A DNA stretch of 36,311 nt from Bacteroidota bacterium (GCA_030613125.1 JAUWMO010000002.1:1-36311); one strand, 5' to 3'; shown: positions 18,403 to 27,756, numbered from the stretch's first letter. Made by a program: numbers and translations. The notes: generated by a model not told the origin, from the letters alone.

Positions 18403-19689
18403 ATGAAGGCACTAATGTTTGGTTGGGAGTTTCCTCCTCATATTTCAGGAGGATTGGGGACAGCAAGTTATGGACTAACGCATGGATTAGCCAGCATTCC
18501 GGATATGGATATTATTTTTGTTGTACCTAAAGCATACGGTGATGAAGATCAATCACAGGTTCGTTTGATAGGAGCAGGAGATATATCAATAACAACCAGA
18601 GAGCTTGAATTCAAAGACTTAAAAAAGAAATTTGATTATCTGGAGGTAAATTCCAGGATTGTTCCTTATGTTGACCCGGAAGATTTCTGGAAAATGATAG
18701 AAAAAGAGTCATCAAAGAAAATTAAATTCGTTCAAACAAATTCAGAAGGAAAAATTTCTTTTACAGGAAAATACGGCGCAAATCTTTTTGAAGAGATCCA
18801 TAATTATGCTTTAGTAGCTTCAATAATTGCAAAGGAAAATGATTTTGATATTATACATGCTCACGATTGGCTAACTTACCCATCGGGAATATCTGCAAAG
18901 GAAGTTTCAGGAAAGCCTCTAGTCATTCATGTTCATGCAACTGATTTTGACCGTAGCGGAGGTAATGTGAATCCTGATGTTTTTAAGATAGAGAAAATGG
19001 GGATGGAAGCAGCCGACAAAATAATTGCTGTGAGTAATCTGACACGAAAAACCATTATCGAAAAATATGGGATAAATCCCTCCAGGGTTATTACTGTTTA
19101 TAATGCTGTTGAACCTTTGAAAATACAGGCTCAGGCAAACAATGAAAAAAGACTGTCAGATAAAACAGTTACATTTCTCGGGCGGATTACATTGCAAAAA
19201 GGACCAGAATATTTTATTGAAGCAGCAAATCTTGTATTAACAAGGATGTCAAATGTTAGGTTTGTTATGGCAGGAAGTGGTGATATGATGATTAAAATGA
19301 TAAACCTTGCTGCAGCAAAGAAAATAATGGATAAATTTCATTTTACAGGTTTTCTGGAAGGGGAAGATGTATTTCGAATGCTAAATCTTAGTGATGTGTA
19401 TATAATGCCATCTGTTTCTGAACCATTTGGAATTTCACCATTGGAAGCAATGCAGTCGAATGTGCCTGTAATAATTTCAAAACAATCTGGTGTTGCTGAA
19501 ATTCTTACTCATGCAATAAAAATAAATTATTGGGATATTGAGGCCATGGCAGATGCAATATATGGTTTATTGAATTACTCAGGAGCGCATAAATTTTTTC
19601 AGAAGTTTGGCAAAGAAGAGGTAAATAATATGAAGTGGGAGAATGCAGCTCAAAAAGTAAGGGAAGTATATAATTCTGTTGTGGCTTGA
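18403..19689 (+). CDS. GT4-family glycosyltransferase (GT-B fold; probable alpha-glucan-related, donor unknown)
   Basis: N-terminal GGLGT motif. C-terminal E-x7-E region (SEPFGISPLEAM). Embedded between debrancher and GH57 genes. Confidence 0.8.
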   Translation: MKALMFGWEFPPHISGGLGTASYGLTHGLASIPDMDIIFVVPKAYGDEDQSQVRLIGAGDISITTRELEFKDLKKKFDYLEVNSRIVPYVDPEDFWKMIEKESSKKIKFVQTNSEGKISFTGKYGANLFEEIHNYALVASIIAKENDFDIIHAHDWLTYPSGISAKEVSGKPLVIHVHATDFDRSGGNVNPDVFKIEKMGMEAADKIIAVSNLTRKTIIEKYGINPSRVITVYNAVEPLKIQAQANNEKRLSDKTVTFLGRITLQKGPEYFIEAANLVLTRMSNVRFVMAGSGDMMIKMINLAAAKKIMDKFHFTGFLEGEDVFRMLNLSDVYIMPSVSEPFGISPLEAMQSNVPVIISKQSGVAEILTHAIKINYWDIEAMADAIYGLLNYSGAHKFFQKFGKEEVNNMKWENAAQKVREVYNSVVA

Positions 19690-19731
19690 ATTATTATGAG
19701 AACTATGTTTAAAAATAAACAATATTATTAA

Positions 19732-21105
19732 ATGAAGACATTGTGTTTGTATTTCCAGGTTCATCAACCTCTTCGTTTTAAGCGATACAGGTTTTTTAAT
19801 ATTGGTAACGACCATTATTACTATGATGATTATTCTAATGAATCTATTATCCAAAAAGTAGCAGAAAAATGTTATCTGCCAGCTAATAATATTTTGCTTG
19901 AACTCTTGAAAAAATATAAAGGCCAATTTAAGATTGCATTTTCTGTTTCCGGAGTGGCCCTTGACCAATTTGAGACATACGTGCCAGAGGTTATTCATTC
20001 TTTTCAAAAACTTGCTAAAACTGGTTATGTTGAGTTTTTAGCAGAAACTAATGCACATTCACTTGTTTCTTTGTCTGACAAAGAAGAATTTATGCAGCAG
20101 GTTAAATTACATGAAGAAAAAATTCAGAAGTATTTCAACAAAACTCCTTCTGTATTTAGAAATACGGAATTGATATATTCTGATGAAATAGGTGAAATAG
20201 TGGCAGAAATGGGGTATGATGGAATGCTTACTGAAGGAGCAAAACATATTCTTGGTTGGAAAAGTCCGAATTTTATTTATTGCAATGCTATAAATCCAAA
20301 ATTAAAATTATTACTGAAGAATTTTAAATTGAGTGATGATATAGCATTCAGATTTTCAAATCAAAGCTGGGAGGAATGGCCGTTAACAGTCGAAAAATTT
20401 ATAAGCTGGATTCAAAACATGCCTCAGAAGGAGGAGATAATTAATCTTTTTATGGATTATGAAACATTTGGTGAACATCAATGGGCAGATACCGGAATAT
20501 TTGAATTCTTAAAGGCCTTACCTGGTTTCGCTCTTCAACAAAATTTTCAGTTTGGGACTCCTTCAGAAGTAATAAAGAACCATCAACCTGTTTCAGCCAT
20601 TCATGTACCATATCCTATTTCATGGGCTGATGAAGAGCGCGATCTGACTGCCTGGTTGGGGAATGCCATGCAAAATGAAGCATTTGAAAAGTTATATGAA
20701 TTGTCAGAGAAAATAAAACTTTGTAAAGATGAGAATCTTTTAAAAGACTGGGAATACCTTCAAACAAGTGACCATCTGTATTATATGTGCACAAAATTTT
20801 TCTCCGACGGTGAAGTCCATTCGTATTTTAATCCTTATGAATCCCCTTATGACGCATTTATTAATTATATGAATGTTTTAAGTGATTTTTCAATCCGGCT
20901 TGATGCTGCCATTCCGGAAACTGAAAGGGACAAGAAAGTTGCTTTCCTGTCGAGTAAAGTTAAGGAACAAGAAGCCCTGATAAAAAAATATAAAGAAGAA
21001 ATAGAGTTAATCAAAAAACAAAAACCCAAACCAAAAAGAAAAACATCATCAATCAGTAAAAAACCTGCAACCCGGAATCAGAAGTTAAGTAGTTCAATTA
21101 AATGA
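19732..21105 (+). CDS. GH57-family alpha-glucan-active enzyme (amylase / glucanotransferase / branching specificity not resolvable)
   Basis: GH57 conserved regions are readable: VHQP (region I), RNTELIY (nucleophile Glu region), MDYETFGEH (acid/base Asp region), TSDHLYYM (region V). Lys-rich C-terminal tail. The TGA overlaps the next ATG (ATGA at 21102-21105). Confidence 0.8.
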   Translation: MKTLCLYFQVHQPLRFKRYRFFNIGNDHYYYDDYSNESIIQKVAEKCYLPANNILLELLKKYKGQFKIAFSVSGVALDQFETYVPEVIHSFQKLAKTGYVEFLAETNAHSLVSLSDKEEFMQQVKLHEEKIQKYFNKTPSVFRNTELIYSDEIGEIVAEMGYDGMLTEGAKHILGWKSPNFIYCNAINPKLKLLLKNFKLSDDIAFRFSNQSWEEWPLTVEKFISWIQNMPQKEEIINLFMDYETFGEHQWADTGIFEFLKALPGFALQQNFQFGTPSEVIKNHQPVSAIHVPYPISWADEERDLTAWLGNAMQNEAFEKLYELSEKIKLCKDENLLKDWEYLQTSDHLYYMCTKFFSDGEVHSYFNPYESPYDAFINYMNVLSDFSIRLDAAIPETERDKKVAFLSSKVKEQEALIKKYKEEIELIKKQKPKPKRKTSSISKKPATRNQKLSSSIK

Positions 21106-24100
21106 ATATGAACAATAATAATAAACCATCCTGTCTGTTTGAAGTAAGCTGGGAAGTTTGTAATAAGGTAGGAGGCATATATACAGTTGTTTCAACAAAA
21201 GTCTTATCAATTCAAAAGGAACTTGGGGAAAACTATTTTCTTATAGGTCCCGATGTTTGGAGGGATGAAGGAGAAAATCCTGAGTTTATTCCAACAGATG
21301 ACAGATATAAAGCCTGGAAGGAACATGCAATGGACGAAGGGCTTTCTGTAAAAACAGGACACTGGAATATTGCAGGGAACCCACTGGTTATTCTTGTGGA
21401 TTTTTACGGTCTTATCTCAAATAAAGACGAGATATTTAAGCAATTCTGGGAATTATATAAACTTGACTCTATTTCAGGACAATGGGATTATATTGAACCT
21501 GCCCTTTTTGGGTATGCAGCAGGAAAAGTTATTGAGAGTTTTGCAAACTTTCATTTTGGTTATCAGAATATGATCCTGTCACATTTTCACGAATGGATGA
21601 CCGGGATGGGAGTATTGTACTTAAAGGAATTTGCTCCTCATATTGGTACGGTTTTCACCACTCATGCAACAGTTTTAGGCAGATCGTTAGCTGGTAATAA
21701 TCGCCCGGTTTACAGCAAGTTAAAGGAGTTTAATCCAGGTCAGCTGGCCAGGGAATTTAATGTAGTCTCAAAACATTCACTTGAACAACTTGCTGCAAAA
21801 TATGCAGATTCTTTTACCACTGTGAGCGAAATAACTGCTTTGGAATGTACCTGTCTTTTAGGAAAAAATATTGATTTGGTGACTCCTAATGGTTTCGATG
21901 ATTCTTTTGTGCCTGACAGTAAAAATTTTGAACAAAAAAAAGCTGAAGCGAGAATAAAATTATTGGAGGTGGCAAACTCACTCCTGGGTATGGACCCCGG
22001 AAAGGATTCTTTATTAGTGGCCATTAGTGGTCGATATGAATTCAAGAATAAAGGAATAGACCTTTTTTTAGATTCATTGGTTGATCTGGATGGTTCAAAA
22101 AAATTGAAAAATAATATTATTGCTTACATTCTCATTCCTGCAAACCATTCCGGTCCGAGAAAAGATCTCGCTGAGTCATTAATTACTAATGAAAAAATAA
22201 AAAATTCATTTGATCCTTATCTGACTCATGGGATGCATGATCCTGAATATGATCCCATCTTAAAACGACTTCACGGGAACCATTTAAAGAATGAAAAGAA
22301 TAATAAAATAAAAGTAATTTTTGTACCTGTTTACCTTAATGGGAATGATGGTATTTTCAATATGAGCTACTATGATCTTCTCATTGGTTTTGACCTGACC
22401 GTTTTTCCATCTTATTATGAACCATGGGGTTATACACCTCTGGAAAGTCTTGCTTTCAGTATCCCTACAATAACAACTACATTGGCAGGGTTTGGCATGT
22501 GGGTGAAAGAATCTGTTCAAAATCCTGAATATGGGATTAAGGTGCTTGAAAGAAACGACAATGATGATGATATTGTGGTTAAAAAAATTGTAGATCACCT
22601 TGAGGAGTTTGACAATCTGAATATAGATGAAAGAGTAGCTGCAAAAAAGAAAGCATTTGAAATTTCTCGTATTGCTCTATGGAATAATCTAATCAGTTAT
22701 TATTTTGATGCATACTCAAATGCCCTTAATAAAACATTGGAAAGATACCGGAATGAAGATGTCGTAGCAGGTGTTAAAACTAGCCAATCCGAAATAATTA
22801 AATCAATTCCGGAATTTCCGAAGTGGGATACTCTTATAGTTGAACCCGATGTTCCGGAAAGGCTTTCTTTTTTAAATACTCTGTCGAAAAACCTATGGTG
22901 GACATGGAACTCCGATGCTGAAGAGCTATGGGAAAAAATTGATGCATCCCTGTGGGCGGAAACCAAACATAATCCAATATTATTGCTTGAAAGAATAAAT
23001 TATAAAAAACTGCTTATTCTTGAAAAAAATGCCGGGTTCTTAAGCAGGGTGAAAGAAGTTTCAATCCGTTTTAATAAGTATTTAAAGGAACAGCCTGAAA
23101 ACAACCAACCATTGGTGGCATATTTTTGCATGGAATATGGTTTGCATGACAGCTTAAAGATATTTTCAGGTGGGTTGGGTATCCTGGCCGGTGATTATCT
23201 TAAAGAGGCTAGCGATTCCAATAGCAATATTGTTGGTATCGGACTCTTATACCGATTCGGTTACTTTAAACAGGTCTTGTCATTACAGGGAGATCAGCAA
23301 GCTAGTTATGAGGCAGAACAATTTTTAAAAATACCGGTTGTGCCGGTTAAAAATGAAAATGGATCATGGAAAACAGTTAAAATCGTTTTGCATGGCAGAA
23401 CACTTAAGATAAGGATTTGGAAAGTTAATGTCGGAAGAATACCTCTATTTCTCCTGGATACTGATTTTGAGGAAAACCAGGAAAAAGATCGGGTTATTAC
23501 TCATCATCTTTATGGAGGTGATCTTGAAAACAGATTAAAACAGGAAATTGTGTTGGGCATTGGTGGAATAAGGGCATTGGAAGCCCTTGGAATTCACCCG
23601 GATGTTTATCATAGCAATGAAGGACATTCTGCTTTTATCGGGATTGAACGATTGAGCAGAATTGTTCAAAACAGCAACCTTAAATTTCAAGAGGCACTTG
23701 AAGTAGTAAGAGGATCAACCCTATTTACGACCCACACCCCGGTTCCGGCCGGACATGATGCCTTTCCGGAAGATCTGCTAAGAATGTATATGGCGCACTA
23801 TCCTGAAAGACTAAAAATCTCATGGCAGGAGTTCTATCAATTAGGTAACAGCGGTAAAGGTGAAAAGTTCAATATGAGTTTTCTTGCTGCTCACCTTTCA
23901 CAGGAGGTAAATGGGGTAAGCAAACTTCATGGTAAGGTAAGCAGGGAATTGTTTAGTGAATTATGGCCTGGATATCTTCCCGAAGAGTTGCATATTGGCC
24001 ATGTAACAAATGGAGTGCATTTTCCGACCTGGGCGGCTACTGAATGGAAAAACTATTTTAATTCCGAATTTGAAAACAATTGGAGTTCTAACATTGAAAA

Positions 24101-25343
24101 TAAAAGAATATGGACAAGAATAAATGAAATTGAAAATGTTCATCTCTGGAACATAAAAAAAAGCCTGAAGAAGAAACTTATTGACACGGTAAAAGAAAGA
24201 TTGCATCAAAATTTGACAAAACGACATGAACGACCGAAAAACATCCTGGAAATAAGAGAGAAACTTAACAGTGAAATTCTTACAATCGGATTTGCACGAA
24301 GATTTGCAACATATAAAAGGGCACATTTATTATTTAAAGATTTGAACCGTTTAAATGAAATTGTAAATAATTCTGACAAGCCGGTTCAGTTTTTATTTGC
24401 TGGAAAAGCTCATCCTCATGATGGTGGAGGCCAGGACTTAATTAGAAAGATTATTGAAATTTCCAAGATGCCTGAATTCAGAGGTAAAATCCTGTTCCTT
24501 CAAAATTATGATATGGAATTGGCAAAACTGTTGGTGCAGGGAGTTGATGTTTGGCTAAATACACCAACACGTCCTTTGGAAGCATCGGGAACTAGTGGTG
24601 AAAAAGCTGTTATGAATGGAACTTTACATTTTAGTGTTTTAGATGGCTGGTGGATTGAGGGGTATAAACCTGAAGCAGGGTGGGCTTTAACAGGTAAAAG
24701 AACCTATGATAATCAGGAATTTCAGGATGAATTGGATGCAGAAATTATTATCAATATACTCGAATCAGAAATAATACCACTCTATTATGATCGTAATAAT
24801 GACGGAATACCTGAAAACTGGATCTCTTATATGAAAAAATCATTCAGTCAGATTGCTCCTGATTTTACAATGAAAAGAATGCTCAAAGATTATTTTAATA
24901 AATATTATTCAAAATTGGCTGAAAGAAGCAAGTACCTGATACATAATCATTATTTCAAAACAAAATCATTAGTGTTGTGGAAAAAGCAAATGGTGAAAAC
25001 GTGGGAAGATTTAGAGGTATTATCAATTGATTTATCCGGATTAAATGGAAAGGTATATCAGATTGGAAAAGAATATAAAGGAAATGTAATCCTTGACCTG
25101 AAAGGATTACCCCAAAACAGTATAGGACTGGAATTGGTTGTTACAGATACTGATAAGAATGGAAAAACAAACCTGGTTCATTCTCAGGAGTTTAATCTTG
25201 AAAAAACTGAAGGAAGCAAAGCGTATTATGAAATAAGGATCATTCCTACATCAACAGGAGTTTTCAATTATGGTTTGAGAATTTTCCCCAGGCATGATGA
25301 TCTGCCTCATCGTCAGGATTTTAATCTGGTTAAATGGGCGTAA
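21102..25343 (+). CDS. Fusion protein: eukaryote-like glycogen synthase (GT3) N-terminal half plus alpha-glucan phosphorylase (GT35, DUF3417-type N-region) C-terminal half
   Basis: The N-terminus LFEVSWEVCNKVGGIYTVVSTK closely resembles animal/fungal glycogen synthase. The C-terminal half has NLWWTWN, YFCMEYGLH..SGGLGILAGDYLKEASD, and the PLP-lysine motif EASGTSGEKAVMNG. It is an uninterrupted 1413-codon ORF. Confidence 0.9.
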   Translation: MNMNNNNKPSCLFEVSWEVCNKVGGIYTVVSTKVLSIQKELGENYFLIGPDVWRDEGENPEFIPTDDRYKAWKEHAMDEGLSVKTGHWNIAGNPLVILVDFYGLISNKDEIFKQFWELYKLDSISGQWDYIEPALFGYAAGKVIESFANFHFGYQNMILSHFHEWMTGMGVLYLKEFAPHIGTVFTTHATVLGRSLAGNNRPVYSKLKEFNPGQLAREFNVVSKHSLEQLAAKYADSFTTVSEITALECTCLLGKNIDLVTPNGFDDSFVPDSKNFEQKKAEARIKLLEVANSLLGMDPGKDSLLVAISGRYEFKNKGIDLFLDSLVDLDGSKKLKNNIIAYILIPANHSGPRKDLAESLITNEKIKNSFDPYLTHGMHDPEYDPILKRLHGNHLKNEKNNKIKVIFVPVYLNGNDGIFNMSYYDLLIGFDLTVFPSYYEPWGYTPLESLAFSIPTITTTLAGFGMWVKESVQNPEYGIKVLERNDNDDDIVVKKIVDHLEEFDNLNIDERVAAKKKAFEISRIALWNNLISYYFDAYSNALNKTLERYRNEDVVAGVKTSQSEIIKSIPEFPKWDTLIVEPDVPERLSFLNTLSKNLWWTWNSDAEELWEKIDASLWAETKHNPILLLERINYKKLLILEKNAGFLSRVKEVSIRFNKYLKEQPENNQPLVAYFCMEYGLHDSLKIFSGGLGILAGDYLKEASDSNSNIVGIGLLYRFGYFKQVLSLQGDQQASYEAEQFLKIPVVPVKNENGSWKTVKIVLHGRTLKIRIWKVNVGRIPLFLLDTDFEENQEKDRVITHHLYGGDLENRLKQEIVLGIGGIRALEALGIHPDVYHSNEGHSAFIGIERLSRIVQNSNLKFQEALEVVRGSTLFTTHTPVPAGHDAFPEDLLRMYMAHYPERLKISWQEFYQLGNSGKGEKFNMSFLAAHLSQEVNGVSKLHGKVSRELFSELWPGYLPEELHIGHVTNGVHFPTWAATEWKNYFNSEFENNWSSNIENKRIWTRINEIENVHLWNIKKSLKKKLIDTVKERLHQNLTKRHERPKNILEIREKLNSEILTIGFARRFATYKRAHLLFKDLNRLNEIVNNSDKPVQFLFAGKAHPHDGGGQDLIRKIIEISKMPEFRGKILFLQNYDMELAKLLVQGVDVWLNTPTRPLEASGTSGEKAVMNGTLHFSVLDGWWIEGYKPEAGWALTGKRTYDNQEFQDELDAEIIINILESEIIPLYYDRNNDGIPENWISYMKKSFSQIAPDFTMKRMLKDYFNKYYSKLAERSKYLIHNHYFKTKSLVLWKKQMVKTWEDLEVLSIDLSGLNGKVYQIGKEYKGNVILDLKGLPQNSIGLELVVTDTDKNGKTNLVHSQEFNLEKTEGSKAYYEIRIIPTSTGVFNYGLRIFPRHDDLPHRQDFNLVKWA

Positions 25344-25373
25344 TCAGGTAACTTTTTAATTTGAATTTAAAAT

Positions 25374-25407
25374 CCACCTTCTTTGATGGTGGTTATGTTC
25401 TTTTTTT
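25374..25407 (+). terminator. Weak terminator-like hairpin after the GT3-GT35 gene
   Basis: CCACC-TTCTTTGAT-GGTGG (5-bp stem, 25374-25392) is followed within 8 nt by a T run (25401-25407). The sequence is related to the 25624 and 33736 modules. Confidence 0.35.
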
Positions 25408-25424
25408 GTTATACATGGTAAAAA

Positions 25425-25456
25425 TTATTGGATTATTGGAATATTGGAATATTGGA
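25425..25456 (+). repeat. Four tandem octamers WTATTGGA (TTATTGGA x2, ATATTGGA x2)
   Basis: Read directly with exact 8-nt phasing. A degenerate fifth unit TTGTTG follows. Confidence 0.85.
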
Positions 25457-25558
25457 TTGTTGTGCCAAAGGCACTCCTTCGGAGGAAATGGACCTCGTTC
25501 GAGTCTTTGAAAATAACAATTTTTCCTCCCGAAACCCGATAACTGTCGGGTTCAGGAT

Positions 25559-25585
25559 TCCACTATTCCATTTTTCCATCATTCC
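25559..25585 (+). repeat. Three tandem octamers TCCAnnnT (TCCACTAT, TCCATTTT, TCCATCAT), a degenerate reverse complement of the 25425 array
   Basis: Read directly. The 8-nt phasing is kept and the orientation is opposite to the left array. Confidence 0.75.
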
Positions 25586-25623
25586 TTGATCACTATTAAT
25601 AAAGCGCCTAATGAGTACAATTC

Positions 25624-25652
25624 AAAGCCACCTTCTTAGAGGGTGGCTTTTT
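25624..25652. terminator. Strong hairpin terminator between convergent genes (better U tract on the plus strand)
   Basis: GCCACCTTC-TTA-GAGGGTGGC (9-bp stem including one G-U, 25627-25647) followed by TTTTT on the plus strand. On the minus strand it is followed by TTTGAATTG. It lies 12 nt beyond the GH97 stop. Confidence 0.7.
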
Positions 25653-25663
25653 ACTATTGTTTT

Positions 25664-27622
25664 TTACCTGATACGGGCTATCCAGCCTCCACCTTTTGCA
25701 AGATTAATTCTTAATTTGTCTTTATTTGTCACCTTTCCTTCTTCTTTCCTGTAATCGCTTGCAAACCGATTGGCATTTACTCCATCAAAGAAAGACACAA
25801 TGGTGTGATCACCCGATTTCAGGAAAGAAAAATTTACTTCCAATACCCTTTCATTACTGTTGGTCATTGCTGCAACATACCATTCTTCTCCTTTTCTTCT
25901 GGCAATAAGGACATATTCTCCTATCTTCCCGTCCAGAACTTTTATCTCATCCCATGTCACCGGCACTTCAACGATAAATTCAGTGCATTCTTTATCTTTA
26001 AGATAGTTGGAAGGGCTATCTGCCAGCATTTGGAGCGGACTTTCATAAACAACATACATTGCAAGTTGATGTACACGGGTGCCCTGGCTCATCGGTCTGG
26101 AAAATACAGGCTTAAAATTTTCCTTTTGTGTATTCACCATTGCTCCCGGTGTATAATCCATAGGACCGGCCACCATTCTGATAAAAGGGATAATAAGATC
26201 GTGTTCCGGAGTAATTTCATCACTCCATTTATTCCATTCCAGTCCCATTACACCTTCCCTTGTAATTACATTCGGGTATGTACGGCGAAGTCCTGTTGGT
26301 TTGTAGGCCCCATGATAATCTACCAATAATTCCCGTTTAGCAGCTTCTATGGCAATTTTACGGTAATAATTCACCATCCACTGGTCATCTCTTTGCATAA
26401 AATCTACTTTTATTCCAGCCGCCCCCCATTCTGCAAACTGATCAAGAGCCACCTCCATTTGATTATCAAGAGTTTTCCATATTACCCAAAGAATAATACC
26501 TACTTTTTTTTCTTTAGCATAAGAAAACAATTCATTCATGTCAATATCCGGATTGATATCAAGGAGATTTCCAAGTTTATACCAGCCTTCATCAAGAATT
26601 ATGTATTCTATTCCATATTCTGATGCAAAATCAATATAATATTTATATGTATTGGTATTTATTCCTGCCTTGAAATTTACTCCGTAAATATTCAGGTGGT
26701 TCCACCAGTCCCATGCAACTTTCCCAGGTCTTATCCATGAAACATCTTTTAGTTGGTTAGGTCTGGCAAGTCGGAAAACCATATCACTTTCTATCAAAGC
26801 GCCTTCATTTTCTGTAATAATAAAAACCCGCCAGGGAAAATTTCTCGTTCCATTAGTTTTCGCGAGAAATGGTTCTCTTTCGATAACAGGAACGTCCCGG
26901 TCGTTTTTTTGTTTAACCTGAAGAGGGGCTTTAGGAAAAATTGCCTGTAATTGTTGTGATGCGGTTGCTTTTAACCACATTCCAGGGTAATCAATAAGGT
27001 TTGATTCTGAAATAAGGATCTTGGGACCATCGGATGGAGCCAGCAATACAGGAAGGGAGCAAAACTCACCTTCTTTTATTTTACTTAAGTTATTAAAAAT
27101 ATATTTTCTCTCATTGTGAGAAAAAAAGCTTTCCTCTTTTGGGAAATAAATGGGATAATCTTCAGCAAATTCATAATTGGCCATTTCACCGGTAACAGTA
27201 ATCTCATTATTAAATGAAGTTTGAAAACGATATGCAAAGCCATCATTATAAGCTCTGAAAATAAGAGAATAATGATTGCGAAAGCGAATTTGCAACTCAT
27301 TGAAATGATCAGGAACAGATGAATTTTTCGTAGGAACAACAGGATAAATTACTTCATTTACCTTTCGCGTAAAATATGAACGAACAGATGGGGATTTTCC
27401 TGATTTTCCATCAATCTCTAAGAATATTTCTGAGGGCTTAATGATCAGAATATTATTATAAAAAACTGAAAATCTAATATTCTCATTTATGCTCACACGA
27501 ACCTGGATCTTATTATCAGGCGAGGATACTTGGATATCTTTGGAATAAACTAAATTAAGAACTGAAAGATTTAATACCAGGCATAATAGAATTCGCTTTA
27601 AAAAATCAGATACTGATTTCAC
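25664..27622 (-). CDS. GH97-family alpha-glucosidase (SusB-like), secreted/periplasmic
   Basis: N-terminal signal peptide. GH97-type blocks (GFAYRF, FPWRVF, YIILDEGW, GIKVDFMQRDDQ, REGVMGLEWNKW). 652 aa. Confidence 0.85.
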   Translation of the reverse strand: MKSVSDFLKRILLCLVLNLSVLNLVYSKDIQVSSPDNKIQVRVSINENIRFSVFYNNILIIKPSEIFLEIDGKSGKSPSVRSYFTRKVNEVIYPVVPTKNSSVPDHFNELQIRFRNHYSLIFRAYNDGFAYRFQTSFNNEITVTGEMANYEFAEDYPIYFPKEESFFSHNERKYIFNNLSKIKEGEFCSLPVLLAPSDGPKILISESNLIDYPGMWLKATASQQLQAIFPKAPLQVKQKNDRDVPVIEREPFLAKTNGTRNFPWRVFIITENEGALIESDMVFRLARPNQLKDVSWIRPGKVAWDWWNHLNIYGVNFKAGINTNTYKYYIDFASEYGIEYIILDEGWYKLGNLLDINPDIDMNELFSYAKEKKVGIILWVIWKTLDNQMEVALDQFAEWGAAGIKVDFMQRDDQWMVNYYRKIAIEAAKRELLVDYHGAYKPTGLRRTYPNVITREGVMGLEWNKWSDEITPEHDLIIPFIRMVAGPMDYTPGAMVNTQKENFKPVFSRPMSQGTRVHQLAMYVVYESPLQMLADSPSNYLKDKECTEFIVEVPVTWDEIKVLDGKIGEYVLIARRKGEEWYVAAMTNSNERVLEVNFSFLKSGDHTIVSFFDGVNANRFASDYRKEEGKVTNKDKLRINLAKGGGWIARIR

Positions 27623-27701
27623 CAGAATAAATTTTAATTAAACAACTGTAAATATGATAATTACATTCTTTATTTTAAACTTATCATTTTTGTTTCCGTG
27701 G

Positions 27702-27756
27702 AACCCTCATAAAATTTACTTATTTTCTTTTGTTTTGGTTTGGCAGGATGAGGGTT
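27702..27756. repeat. Inverted repeat AACCCTCAT / ATGAGGGTT (9 bp perfect arms, 37-nt spacer)
   Basis: Arms at 27702-27710 and 27748-27756 were read directly. The core is shared with the 16089-16170 repeat. Confidence 0.65.

Larger units (their letters stand above)
25410..25652 (+). ncRNA. Candidate structured RNA / structured 3' UTR of the glycogen operon, ending at a strong terminator
   Basis: A long imperfect helix is formed by opposed octamer arrays (25430-25456 with 25559-25585, about 21 of 27 positions pair by hand). It encloses three hairpin modules. A terminator with a plus-strand U tract lies at 25627-25652. No ORF is present. Confidence 0.35.

Noticed and set aside
25425-25456. Tandem repeats as a possible CRISPR array
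   Set aside because: The units are 8 nt with no spacers, and no cas genes are present. This is a microsatellite-like octamer array, not CRISPR.
25462-25474. Sigma-54 -24 element (TGGCAC on the minus strand within GTGCCAAAGGCAC)
   Set aside because: The required TTGC at the -12 spacing is absent (TGGCAC-AACAA-TCCA). No gene lies downstream in that orientation before the GT3-GT35 3' end.
25474-25485. Apparent C(UUCG)G super-stable tetraloop in CTCCTTCGGAGG
   Set aside because: Re-pairing shows the stem is CTCC/GGAG with a UUC triloop, not a cUUCGg tetraloop. The GGAG is also better used in the 8-bp GGAGGAAA/TTTCCTCC helix. It therefore gives no strand-specific evidence.
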